NCBI GenBank assembly: GCA_964016885.1
Contig: OZ024743.1
Span: 298,840,001 to 298,904,000, forward strand
DNA length: 64,000 bases
Source: Eledone cirrhosa
Lineage: Eukaryota
Reading direction: 5' to 3'
The notes below the pieces were generated by a model that searched no databases, had not been told where the DNA came from, and worked only from the letters and a program-made list of their open reading frames with translations. Of this stretch, positions 29,821-45,599 are shown one piece after another (position 1 is the stretch's first letter; the number at the start of each line of letters is the position of its first letter). The position numbers were made by a program, and so were the translations under genes.

Positions 29821-32800
29821 AATAGTAATAACCACAACAACACCTTCAACAGCAACATACCACAACACTAATATCCTCTATATCAACTAAAGACAATACC
29901 AGCAATAGTAATAACCACAACAACACCTTCAACAGCAACATACCACAACACTAACATCCTCTACAACAACTAAAGACAATATCGGCAATAGTAATAATCA
30001 CAACACCTTCAAAAGCAACATACCACAACACTAACATCCTCTACAACATCTAAAGACAATACCAGCCATAGTAATAACCACAACAACACCTTCAACAGCA
30101 ACATACCACAACACTAATATCCTCTATATCAACTAAAGACAATACCAGCAATAGTAATAACCACAACAACACCTTCAACAGCAACATACCACAACACTAA
30201 CATCCTCTATAACAACTAAAGACAATAGCAGCAATAGTAATAACCACAATAACACCTTCAACAGCAACATACCACACCACTAACATCCTCTATAACAACT
30301 AAAGACAATACCAGCAATAGTAATAACCACAACAACACCATCAACAGCAACATACCACACCACTAACACCCTCTATAACAACTAAAGACAATACAAGCAA
30401 TAGTAATAACAACAACAACACCTTCTACAGCAACATACCACACCACTAACATCCTCTATATCAACTAAAGACAATAGCAGCAATAGTAATAACCACAACA
30501 ACACCTTCAACAGCAACATACCACACCACTAACATCCTCTATAACAACTAAAGACAATACCAGCAATAGTAATAACCACAACAACACCTTCAACAGCAAA
30601 ATACCACACCACTAACATCCTCTATAACAACTAAAGACAATAGCAGCAATAGTAATAACCACAACAACACCTTCAACAGCAGCATACCACACCACTAACA
30701 TCCTCTATAACAACTAAAGACAATAGCAGCAATAGTAATAACCACAACAACACCTTCAACAACAACATACCACAACACTAACATCCTCTATAACAACTAA
30801 AGACAATAGCAGCAATAGTAATAACCACAACAACACCTTCAACAGCAACATACCACAACACTAACATCCTCTATAACAAATAAAGACAATAGCAGCAATA
30901 GTAATAACCACAACAACACCTTCAACAGCAACATACCACAACACTAACATCCTCTATAACAACTAAAGACAATACCAGCAATAGTAATAACCACAACAAC
31001 ACCTTCAACAGCAAAATACCACACCACTAACATCCTCTATAACAACTAAAGACAATAGCAGCAAAAGTAATAACCACAACAACACCTTCAACAGCAGCAT
31101 ACCACACCACTAACATCCTCTATAACAACTAAAGACAATAGCAGCAATAGTAATAACCACAACAACACCTTCAACAACAACATACCACAACACTAACATC
31201 CTCTATAACAACTAAAGACAATAGCAGCAATAGTAATAACCACAACAACACCTTCAACAGCAACATACCACAACACTAACATCCTCTATAACAAATAAAG
31301 ACAATAGCAGCAATAGTAATAACCACAACAACACCTTCAACAGCAACATACCACACCACTAACATCCTCTATAACAACTAAAGACAATAGTAGCAATAGT
31401 AATAACCACAACAACACCTTCAAATGCAACAGACCACAACACAAACATCCTCTATAAAAACTAAAGACAATAGCAGCAATAGTAATAACCACATAAACAC
31501 CTTCAACAGCAACATACCACACCACTAACATCCTCTATAACAACTAAAGACAACAGCAGCTATAGTAATAACCACAACAACACCTTCAACAGCAACATAC
31601 CACAACACTAACATCCTCTATAACAACTAAAGACAATAGCAGCAATAGTAATAACCACAAAAACACCTTCAACAGCAACATACCACACCACTAACATCCT
31701 CTATAACAACTAAAGACAATACCAGCAATAGTAATAACCACAACAACACATTCAACAGCAACATAGCACACCACAGACCTCCTCTATAACAACTAAAGAC
31801 AATAGCAGCAATAGTAATAACCACAACAACACCTTCAACAGCAACATACCACAACAATAACATCCTCTATAACAACCAAAGACAATAGCAGCAATAGCAA
31901 TAACCACAACAACACCTTCAACAGCAACAGACCACAACACTAACATCCTCTATAACAATTAAAGTCAATAGCAGCAATAGTAATAACCACAACAACACCT
32001 TCAACAGCAACATACCACAACACTAACATCCTCTATAACAACTAAAGACAATAGCAGCAATAGTCATAACCACAACAACACCTTCAACGGCAACAGACCA
32101 CAACACTAACATCCTCTATGACAGCTAAAGACAATAGCAGCAATAGTAATAACCACAACAACACCTTCAACAGCAACATACCACAACACTAACATCCTCT
32201 ATAACAACTAAAGATAATAGCAGCCATAGTAATAACCACAAAAACACCTTCAGCAGCAACAGACCACAACACTAACATCCTCTATAACAATTAAAGTCAA
32301 TAGCAGCAATAGTAATAACCACAACAACACCTTCAACAGCAACATACCACAACACTAACATCCTCTATAACAATTAAAGACAATAGCAGCAATAGTAATA
32401 ACCACAAAACACCTTCAACAGCAACATACCACAACACTAACATCCTCTATAACAACTAAAGACAATACCAGCAATAGTAATAAGCACAACAACACCTTCA
32501 ACAGCAAAATACCACAACACAAACATCCTCTATAACAACTAAAGACAATAGCAGCAATAGTAATAACCACAACAACACCTTCAACAGCAACAGACCACAA
32601 CACTAACATCCTCTACAACAACTAAAGACAATACCGGCAATAGTAATAACCACAACAGCACCTTCAACAGCAACATACCACAACACTAACATCCTGTATA
32701 ACAACTAAAGACAATAGCAGCAATAGTAATAACCACAACAACACCTTCAATAGCAACATACCACACCACTAACATCCTCTATAACAACTAAAGACAATAG

Positions 32801-33500
32801 CAGCAATAGTAATAACCACAACAACACCTTCAACAGCAACATACCACACCACTAACATCCTCTATAACAACTAAAGACAATAGTAGCAATAGTAATAACC
32901 ACAACAACACCTCCAAATGCAACAGACCACAACACTAACATCCTCTATGACAGCTAAAGACAATAGCAGCAATAGTAATAACGACAACAACACCTTCAAC
33001 AGCAACATACCACAACACTAACATCCTCTATAACAACTAAAGATAATAGCAGCCATAGTAATAACCACAACAACACCTTCAACAGCAACAGACCACACCA
33101 CTAACAGCCTCTATAACAACTAAAGACAATAGCAGCAATTGTAATAACCACAACAACACCTTCAACAGCAACAGACCATAACACTAACATCCTCAACAAC
33201 AACTAAAGACAATACCAGCAATAGTAATAACCACAACAACACCTTCAACAGCAACATACGACACCACTAACATCCTCTACAACAACTAAAGACAATACCA
33301 GCTATAGTAATAACCACGACAACACCTTCAACAGCAACAGACCATAACACTAACATCCTCTACAACAACTAAAGACAATACCAGCAATAGTAATAACTAC
33401 AACAACACCTTCAAAAGCAACATACCACACCACTAACATCCTCTATAACAACTAAAGACAATAGCAGCAATAGTAATAACCACAACAACACCTTCAACAG
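26330..33500. repeat. Direct duplication: about 26330-28530 repeated at about 31300-33500 (offset 4976, then 4973 bp)
   Basis: ORF pairs are 26361/31337 and 27442/32415. The 3-bp shift is explained by an extra CAA at about 26770. Both copies share ACAGACCTCC, AACAGCACC and CCTGTATA. Confidence 0.8.
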
Positions 33501-36500
33501 CAACATACCACAACACTAACATCCTCTATAACAACTAAAGACAATAGCAGCAATAGTAATAACCAAAACAACACCTTCAACAGCAACAGACCACAACACT
33601 AACATCCTCTATAACAACTAAAGACAATAGCAGCCATAGTAATAACCACAACAACACCTTCAACAGCAACAGTCCACAACACTAACATCCTCTATAACAA
33701 CTAAATACAATAGCAGCTATAGTAATAACCACAACAACACCTTCAACAGCAACATACCACAACACTAACATCCTCTACAACAACTAAAGACAATATCGGC
33801 AATAGTAATAATCACAACACCTTCAAAAGCAACATACCACAACACTAACATCCTCTACAACATCTAAAGACAATACCAGCCATAGTAATAACCACAACAA
33901 CACCTTCAACAGCAACATACCACAACACTAATATCCTCTATATCAACTAAAGACAATACCAGCAATAGTAATAACCACAACAACACCTTCAACAGCAACA
34001 TACCACAACACTAACATCCTCTATAACAACTAAAGACAATAGCAGCAATAGTAATAACCACAATAAGACCTTCAACAGCAACATACCACACCACTAACAT
34101 CCTCTATAACAACTAAAGACAATACCAGCAATAGTAATAACCACAACAACACCATCAACAGCAACATACCACACCACTAACACCCTCTATAACAACTAAA
34201 GACAATACAAGCAATAGTAATAACAACAACAACACCTTCTACAGCAACATACCACACCACTAACATCCTCTATATCAACTAAAGACAATAGCAGCAATAG
34301 TAATAACCACAACAACACCTTCAACAGCAACATACCACACCACTAACATCCTCTATAACAACTAAAGACAATACCAGCAATAGTAATAACCACAACAACA
34401 CCTTCAACAGCAAAATACCACACCACTAACATCCTCTATAACAACTAAAGACAATAGCAGCAATAGTAATAACCACAACAACACCTTCAACAGCAGCATA
34501 CCACACCACTAACATCCTCTATAACAACTAAAGACAATAGCAGCAATAGTAATAACCACAACAACACCTTCAACAACAACATACCACAACACTAACATCC
34601 TCTATAACAACTAAAGACAATAGCAGCAATAGTAATAACCACAACAACACCTTCAACAGCAACATACCACAACACTAACATCCTCTATAACAAATAAAGA
34701 CAATAGCAGCAATAGTAATAACCACAACAACACCTTCAACAGCAACATACCACAACACTAACATCCTCTAGAACAACTAAAGACAATACCGGCAATAGTA
34801 ATAACCACAACACCTTCAATAGCAACATACCACACCACTAACATCCTCTATAACAACTAAAGACAATAGCAGCAATAGTAATAACCACAACAACACCTTC
34901 AACAGCAACATACCACACCACTAACATCCTCTATAACAACTAAAGACAATAGTAGCAATAGTAATAACCACAACAACACCTTCAAATGCAACAGACCACA
35001 ACACTAACATCCTCTATAAAAACTAAAGACAATAGCAGCAATAGTAATAACCACATAAACACCTTCAACAGCAACATACCACACCACTAACATCCTCTAT
35101 AACAACTAAAGTCAATAGCAGCTATAGTAATAACCACAACAACACCTTCAACACCAACATACCACAACACTAACATCCTCTATAACAACTAAAGACAATA
35201 GCAGCAATAGTAATAACCACAAAAACACCTTCAACAGCAACGGACCACACCACTAACATCCTCTATAACAACTAAAGACAATAGCAGCCATAGTAATAAC
35301 CACAACAACACCTTCAACAGCAACAGACCACACTACTAACACCCTCTATAACAACTAAAGACAATAGCAGCAATAGTAATAACCACAACAACACCTTCAA
35401 CAGCAACAGACCACAACACTAACATCCTCTATAACAACTAAAGACAATAGCAGCAATAGTAATAACCACAACAACACCTTCAACAGCAACAGACCACAAC
35501 ACTGACATCCTCTATAACAACTAAAGACAATAGCAGCAATAGTAATAACCACAACACCTTCAACAGCAACAGACCACAACACTAACATCCTCTATAACAA
35601 CTAAAGACAATAGCAGCAATAGTAATAACCACAACAACACCCTCAACAGCAACAGACCACAACACTAACATCCTCTATAACAACTAAAGACAATACCAGC
35701 AATAGTAATAACCACAACAACACCTCCAACAGCAACAGGCCACAACACTAACATCCTCTATAACAACTAAAGACAATAGCAGCAATAGTAATAACCACAA
35801 CAACACCTTAAACAGCAACAGACCACACCACTAACATCCTCTATAACAACTAAAGACAATACCGGAAATAGTAATAAGCACAACAACACCTTCAACAGCC
35901 ACAGCCCACAACACTAACATCCTCTATAACAACTAAAGACAATACCAGCAATAGTAATAACCACCACAACACCTTCAACACCAACAGACCACAACACTAA
36001 CATCCTCTACAACAACTAAAGACAATAGCAGCAATAATAATAACCACAACAACACCTTCAACAGCAACAGACCACAACACTAACATCCTCTATAAATACT
36101 AAAGACAATAGCAGCAATAGTAATAACCACAACAACACCTTCAACAGCAACAGACCACAACACTAACAACCTCTATAACAACTAATGACAATAGCAGCAA
36201 TAGTAATAACCACAACAACACCTTCAACAGCAACATACCACAACACTAACATCCTCTATAACAACTAAAGACAATAGCAGCAATAGTAATAACCACAACA
36301 ACACCTTCAACAGCAACATACCACAACACTAACATCCTCTATAACAACTAAAGACAATACCAGCAATAGTAATAACCACCACAACACCTTCAACAGCAAC
36401 ATACCACAACACTAATATCCTCTATATCAACTAAAGACAATACCAGCAATAGTAATAACCACAACACCTTCAAAAGCAACATACCACAACACTAACATCC

Positions 36501-39500
36501 TCTACAACATCTAAAGACAATACCAGCCATAGTAATAACCACAACAACACCTTCAACAGCAACATACCACAACACTAATATCCTCTATATCAACTAAAGA
36601 CAATACCAGCAATAGTAATAACCACAACAACACCTTCAACAGCAACATACCACAACACTAACATCCTCTATAACAACTAAAGACAATAGCAGCAATAGTA
36701 ATAACCACAATGACACCTTCAACAGCAACATACCACACCACTAACATCCTCTATAACAACTAAAGACAATACCAGCAATAGTAATAACCACAACAACACC
36801 ATCAACAGCAACATACCACACCACTAACACCCTCTATAACAACTAAAGACAATACAAGCAATAGTAATAACAACAACAACACCTTCTACAGCAACATACC
36901 ACACCGCTAACATCCTCTATATCAACTAAAGACAATAGCAGCAATAGTAATAACCACAACAACACCTTCAACAGCAACATACCACACCACTAACATCCTC
37001 TATAACAACTAAAGACAATACCAGCAATAGTAATAACCACAACAACACCTTCAACAGCAAAATACCACACCACTAACATCCTCTATAACAACTAAAGACA
37101 ATAGCAGCAATAGTAATAACCACAACAACACCTTCAACAGCAGCATACCACACCACTAACATCCTCTATAACAACTAAAGACAATAGCAGCAATAGTAAT
37201 AACCACAACAACACCTTCAACAACAACATACCACAACACTAACATCCTCTATAACAACTAAAGACAATAGCAGCAATAGTAATAACCACAACAACACCTT
37301 CAACAGCAACATACCACAACACTAACATCCTCTATAACAAATAAAGACAATAGCAGCAATAGTAATAACCACAACAACACCTTCAACAGCAACATACCAC
37401 AACACTAACATCCTCTACAACAACTAAAGACAATACCGGCAATAGTAATAACCACAACACCTTCAATAGCAACATACCATACCACTAACATCCTCTATAA
37501 CAACTAAAGACAATAGCAGCAATAGTAATAACCACAACAACACCTTCAACAGCAACATACCACACCACTAACATCCTCTATAACAACTAAAGACAATAGT
37601 AGCAATAGTAATAACCACAACAACACCTTCAAATGCAACAGACCACAACACTAACATCCTCTATAAAAACTAAAGACAATAGCAGCAATAGTAATAACCA
37701 CATAAACACCTTCAACAGCAACATACCACACCACTAACATCCTCTATAACAACTAAAGTCAATAGCAGCTATAGTAATAACCACAACAACACCTTCAACA
37801 GCAACATACCACAACACTAACATCCTCTATAACAACTAAAGACAATAGCAGCAATAGTAATAACCACAAAAACACCTTCAACAGCAACAGACCACACCAC
37901 TAACATCCTCTATAACAACTAAAGACAATACCAGCAATAGTAATAACCACAACAACACATTCAACAGCAACATACCACACCACTGACATCCTCTATAACA
38001 ACTAAAGACAATAGCAGCAATAGTAATAACCACAACAACACCTTCAACAGCAACATACCACAACAGTAACATCCTCTATAACAACTAAAGACAATAGCAG
38101 CAAAAGCAATAACCACAACAACACCTTCAACAGCAACAGACCACAACACTAACATCCTCTATGACAGCTAAAGACAATAGCAGCCATAGTAATAACCACA
38201 ACAACACTTTCAACAGCAACAGACCACACCACTAACACCCTCTATAACAACTAAAGACAATAGCAGCAATAGTAATAACCACAACAACACCTTCAACAGC
38301 AACAGACCACAACACTAACATCCTCTATAACAACTAAAGACAATAGCAGCAATAGTAATAACCACAACAACACCTTCAACAGCAACAGACCACAACACTG
38401 ACATCCTCTATAACAACTAAAGACAATAGCAGCAATAGTAATAACCACAACACCTTCAACAGCAACAGACCACAACACTAACATCCTCTATAACAACTAA
38501 AGACAATAGCAGCAATAGTAATAACCACAAAAACACCTTCAACAGCAACATACCACACCACTAACATCCTTTATAACAACTAAAGACAATACCAGCAATA
38601 GTAATAACCACAACAACACATTCAACAGCAACATAGCACACCACAGACCTCCTCTATAACAACTAAAGACAATAGCAGCAATAGTAATAACCACAACAAC
38701 ACCTTCAACAGCAACATACCACAACAATAACATCCTCTATAACAACCAAAGACAATAGCAGCAATAGCAATAACCACAACAACACCTTCAGCAGCAACAG
38801 ACCACAACACTAACATCCTCTATAACAATTAAAGTCAATAGCAGCAATAGTAATAACCACAACAACACCTTCAACAGCAACATACCACAACACTAACATC
38901 CTCTATAACAACTAAAGACAATAGCAGCAATAGTCATAACCACAACAACACCTTCAACGGCAACAGACCACAACACTAACCTCCTCTATGACAGCTAAAG
39001 ACAATAGCAGCAATAGTAATAACCACAACAACACCTTCAACAGCAACATACCACAACACTAACATCCTCTATAACAACTAAAGATAATAGCAGCCATAGT
39101 AATAACCACAAAAACACCTTCAGCAGCAACAGACCACAACACTAACATCCTCTATAACAATTAAAGTCAATAGCAGCAATAGTAATAACCACAACAACAC
39201 CTTCAACAGCAACATACCACAACACTAACATCCTCTATAACAATTAAAGACAATAGCAGCAATAGTAATAACCACAAAACACCTTCAACAGCAACATACC
39301 ACAACACTAACATCCTCTATAACAACTAAAGACAATACCAGCAATAGTAATAAGCACAACAACACCTTCAACAGCAAAATACCACAACACAAACATCCTC
39401 TATAACAACTAAAGACAATAGCAGCAATAGTAATAACCACAACAACACCTTCAACAGCAACAGACCACAACACTAACATCCTCTACAACAACTAAAGACA

Positions 39501-42500
39501 ATACCGGCAATAGTAATAACCACAACAGCACCTTCAACAGCAACATACCACAACACTAACATCCTGTATAACAACTAAAGACAATAGCAGCAATAGTAAT
39601 AACCACAACAACACCTTCAATAGCAACATACCACACCACTAACATCCTCTATAACAACTAAAGACAATAGCAGCAATAGTAATAACCACAACAACACCTT
39701 CAACAGCAACATACCACACCACTAACATCCTCTATAACAACTAAAGACAATAGTAGCAATAGTAATAACCACAACAACACCTCCAAATGCAACAGACCAC
39801 AACACTAACATCCTCTATGACAGCTAAAGACAATAGCAGCAATAGTAATAACGACAACAACACCTTCAACAGCAACATACCACAACACTAACATCCTCTA
39901 TAACAACTAAAGATAATAGCAGCCATAGTAATAACCACAACAACACCTTCAACAGCAACAGACCACACCACTAACAGCCTCTATAACAACTAAAGACAAT
40001 AGCAGCAATTGTAATAACCACAACAACACCTTCAACAGCAACAGACCATAACACTAACATCCTCAACAACAACTAAAGACAATACCAGCAATAGTAATAA
40101 CCACAACAACACCTTCAACAGCAACATACGACACCACTAACATCCTCTACAACAACTAAAGACAATACCAGCTATAGTAATAACCACGACAACACCTTCA
40201 ACAGCAACAGACCATAACACTAACATCCTCTACAACAACTAAAGACAATACCAGCAATAGTAATAACTACAACAACACCTTCAAAAGCAACATACCACAC
40301 CACTAACATCCTCTATAACAACTAAAGACAATAGCAGCAATAGTAATAACCACAACAACACCTTCAACAGCAACATACCACAACACTAACATCCTCTATA
40401 ACAACTAAAGACAATAGCAGCAATAGTAATAACCAAAACAACACCTTCAACAGCAACAGACCACAACACTAACATCCTCTATAACAACTAAAGACAATAG
40501 CAGCCATAGTAATAACCACAACAACACCTTCAACAGCAACAGTCCACAACACTAACATCCTCTATAACAACTAAATACAATAGCAGCTATAGTAATAACC
40601 ACAACAACACCTTCAACAGCAACATACCACAACACTAACATCCTCTACAACAACTAAAGACAATATCGGCAATAGTAATAATCACAACACCTTCAAAAGC
40701 AACATACCACAACACTAACATCCTCTACAACATCTAAAGACAATACCAGCCATAGTAATAACCACAACAACACCTTCAACAGCAACATACCACAACACTA
40801 ATATCCTCTATATCAACTAAAGACAATACCAGCAATAGTAATAACCACAACAACACCTTCAACAGCAACATACCACAACACTAACATCCTCTATAACAAC
40901 TAAAGACAATAGCAGCAATAGTAATAACCACAATAACACCTTCAACAGCAACATACCACACCACTAACATCCTCTATAACAACTAAAGACAATACCAGCA
41001 ATAGTAATAACCACAACAACACCATCAACAGCAACATACCACACCACTAACACCCTCTATAACAACTAAAGACAATACAAGCAATAGTAATAACAACAAC
41101 AACACCTTCTACAGCAACATACCACACCACTAACATCCTCTATATCAACTAAAGACAATAGCAGCAATAGTAATAACCACAACAACACCTTCAACAGCAA
41201 CATACCACACCACTAACATCCTCTATAACAACTAAAGACAATACCAGCAATAGTAATAACCACAACAACACCTTCAACAGCAAAATACCACACCACTAAC
41301 ATCCTCTATAACAACTAAAGACAATAGCAGCAATAGTAATAACCACAACAACACCTTCAACAGCAGCATACCACACCACTAACATCCTCTATAACAACTA
41401 AAGACAATAGCAGCAATAGTAATAACCACAACAACACCTTCAACAACAACATACCACAACACTAACATCCTCTATAACAACTAAAGACAATAGCAGCAAT
41501 AGTAATAACCACAACAACACCTTCAACAGCAACATACCACAACACTAACATCCTCTATAACAAATAAAGACAATAGCAGCAATAGTAATAACCACAACAA
41601 CACCTTCAACAGCAACATACCACAACACTAACATCCTCTAGAACAACTAAAGACAATACCGGCAATAGTAATAACCACAACACCTTCAATAGCAACATAC
41701 CACACCACTAACATCCTCTATAACAACTAAAGACAATAGCAGCAATAGTAATAACCACAACAACACCTTCAACAGCAACATACCACACCACTAACATCCT
41801 CTATAACAACTAAAGACAATAGTAGCAATAGTAATAACCACAACAACACCTTCAAATGCAACAGACCACAACACTAACATCCTCTATAAAAACTAAAGAC
41901 AATAGCAGCAATAGTAATAACCACATAAACACCTTCAACAGCAACATACCACACCACTAACATCCTCTATAACAACTAAAGTCAATAGCAGCTATAGTAA
42001 TAACCACAACAACACCTTCAACACCAACATACCACAACACTAACATCCTCTATAACAACTAAAGACAATAGCAGCAATAGTAATAACCACAAAAACACCT
42101 TCAACAGCAACGGACCACACCACTAACATCCTCTATAACAACTAAAGACAATACCAGCAATAGTAATAACCACAACAACACATTCAACAGCAACATACCA
42201 CACCACTGACATTCTCTATAACAACTAAAGACAATAGCAGCAATAGTAATAACCACAACAACACCTTCAACAGCAACAGACCACAACAGTAACATCCTCT
42301 ATAACAACTAAAGACAATAGCAGCAAAAGCAATAACCACAACAACACCTTCAACAGCAACAGACCACAACACTAACATCCTCTATGACAGCTAAAGACAA
42401 TAGCAGCCATAGTAATAACCACAACAACACCTTCAACAGCAACAGACCACACTACTAACACCCTCTATAACAACTAAAGACAATAGCAGCAATAGTAATA

Positions 42501-45500
42501 ACCACAACAACACCTTCAACAGCAACAGACCACAACACTAACATCCTCTATAACAACTAAAGACAATAGCAGCAATAGTAATAACCACAACAACACCTTC
42601 AACAGCAACAGACCACAACACTGACATCCTCTATAACAACTAAAGACAATAGCAGCAATAGTAATAACCACAACACCTTCAACAGCAACAGACCACAACA
42701 CTAACATCCTCTATAACAACTAAAGACAATAGCAGCAATAGTAATAACCACAACAACACCTTCAACAGCAACAGACCACAACACTAACATCCTCTATAAC
42801 AACTAAAGACAATACCAGCAATAGTAATAACCACAACAACACCTCCAACAGCAACAGGCCACAACACTAACATCCTCTATAACAACTAAAGACAATAGCA
42901 GCAATAGTAATAACCACAACAACACCTTAAACAGCAACAGACCACACCACTAACATCCTCTATAACAACTAAAGACAATACCGGAAATAGTAATAAGCAC
43001 AACAACACCTTCAACAGCCACAGCCCACAACACTAACATCCTCTATAACAACTAAAGACAATACCAGCAATAGTAATAACCACCACAACACCTTCAACAC
43101 CAACAGACCACAACACTAACATCCTCTACAACAACTAAAGACAATAGCAGCAATAATAATAACCACAACAACACCTTCAACAGCAACAGACCACAACACT
43201 AACATCCTCTATAAATACTAAAGACAATAGCAGCAATAGTAATAACCACAACAACACCTTCAACAGCAACAGACCACAACACTAACAACCTCTATAACAA
43301 CTAATGACAATAGCAGCAATAGTAATAACCACAACAACACCTTCAACAGCAACATACCACAACACTAACATCCTCTATAACAACTAAAGACAATAGCAGC
43401 AATAGTAATAACCACAACAACACCTTCAACAGCAACATACCACAACACTAACATCCTCTATAACAACTAAAGACAATACCAGCAATAGTAATAACCACCA
43501 CAACACCTTCAACAGCAACATACCACAACACTAATATCCTCTATATCAACTAAAGACAATACCAGCAATAGTAATAACCACAACACCTTCAAAAGCAACA
43601 TACCACAACACTAACATCCTCTACAACATCTAAAGACAATACCAGCCATAGTAATAACCACAACAACACCTTCAACAGCAACATACCACAACACTAATAT
43701 CCTCTATATCAACTAAAGACAATACCAGCAATAGTAATAACCACAACAACACCTTCAACAGCAACATACCACAACACTAACATCCTCTATAACAACTAAA
43801 GACAATAGCAGCAATAGTAATAACCACAATGACACCTTCAACAGCAACATACCACACCACTAACATCCTCTATAACAACTAAAGACAATACCAGCAATAG
43901 TAATAACCACAACAACACCATCAACAGCAACATACCACACCACTAACACCCTCTATAACAACTAAAGACAATACAAGCAATAGTAATAACAACAACAACA
44001 CCTTCTACAGCAACATACCACACCGCTAACATCCTCTATATCAACTAAAGACAATAGCAGCAATAGTAATAACCACAACAACACCTTCAACAGCAACATA
44101 CCACACCACTAACATCCTCTATAACAACTAAAGACAATACCAGCAATAGTAATAACCACAACAACACCTTCAACAGCAAAATACCACACCACTAACATCC
44201 TCTATAACAACTAAAGACAATAGCAGCAATAGTAATAACCACAACAACACCTTCAACAGCAGCATACCACACCACTAACATCCTCTATAACAACTAAAGA
44301 CAATAGCAGCAATAGTAATAACCACAACAACACCTTCAACAACAACATACCACAACACTAACATCCTCTATAACAACTAAAGACAATAGCAGCAATAGTA
44401 ATAACCACAACAACACCTTCAACAGCAACATACCACAACACTAACATCCTCTATAACAAATAAAGACAATAGCAGCAATAGTAATAACCACAACAACACC
44501 TTCAACAGCAACATACCACAACACTAACATCCTCTACAACAACTAAAGACAATACCGGCAATAGTAATAACCACAACACCTTCAATAGCAACATACCATA
44601 CCACTAACATCCTCTATAACAACTAAAGACAATAGCAGCAATAGTAATAACCACAACAACACCTTCAACAGCAACATACCACACCACTAACATCCTCTAT
44701 AACAACTAAAGACAATAGTAGCAATAGTAATAACCACAACAACACCTTCAAATGCAACAGACCACAACACTAACATCCTCTATAAAAACTAAAGACAATA
44801 GCAGCAATAGTAATAACCACATAAACACCTTCAACAGCAACATACCACACCACTAACATCCTCTATAACAACTAAAGTCAATAGCAGCTATAGTAATAAC
44901 CACAACAACACCTTCAACAGCAACATACCACAACACTAACATCCTCTATAACAACTAAAGACAATAGCAGCAATAGTAATAACCACAAAAACACCTTCAA
45001 CAGCAACAGACCACACCACTAACATCCTCTATAACAACTAAAGACAATACCAGCAATAGTAATAACCACAACAACACATTCAACAGCAACATACCACACC
45101 ACTGACATCCTCTATAACAACTAAAGACAATAGCAGCAATAGTAATAACCACAACAACACCTTCAACAGCAACATACCACAACAGTAACATCCTCTATAA
45201 CAACTAAAGACAATAGCAGCAAAAGCAATAACCACAACAACACCTTCAACAGCAACAGACCACAACACTAACATCCTCTATGACAGCTAAAGACAATAGC
45301 AGCCATAGTAATAACCACAACAACACTTTCAACAGCAACAGACCACACCACTAACACCCTCTATAACAACTAAAGACAATAGCAGCAATAGTAATAACCA
45401 CAACAACACCTTCAACAGCAACAGACCACAACACTAACATCCTCTATAACAACTAAAGACAATAGCAGCAATAGTAATAACCACAACAACACCTTCAACA

Positions 45501-45590
45501 GCAACAGACCACAACACTGACATCCTCTATAACAACTAAAGACAATAGCAGCAATAGTAATAACCACAACACCTTCAACAGCAACAGACC
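31600..45590. repeat. Recent tandem duplication of about 7 kb (copy 1 about 31600-38469, copy 2 about 38470-45590)
   Basis: AGTCCAC (33671/40541), CTAGAAC (34771/41641) and CGGACC (35241/42111) are offset by 6870. CACTACTAAC (35331/42450) and ACCGCTAAC (36903/44022) are offset by 7119. The 249-bp difference equals 3 monomers. Confidence 0.9.
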
Positions 45591-45599
45591 ACAACACTA

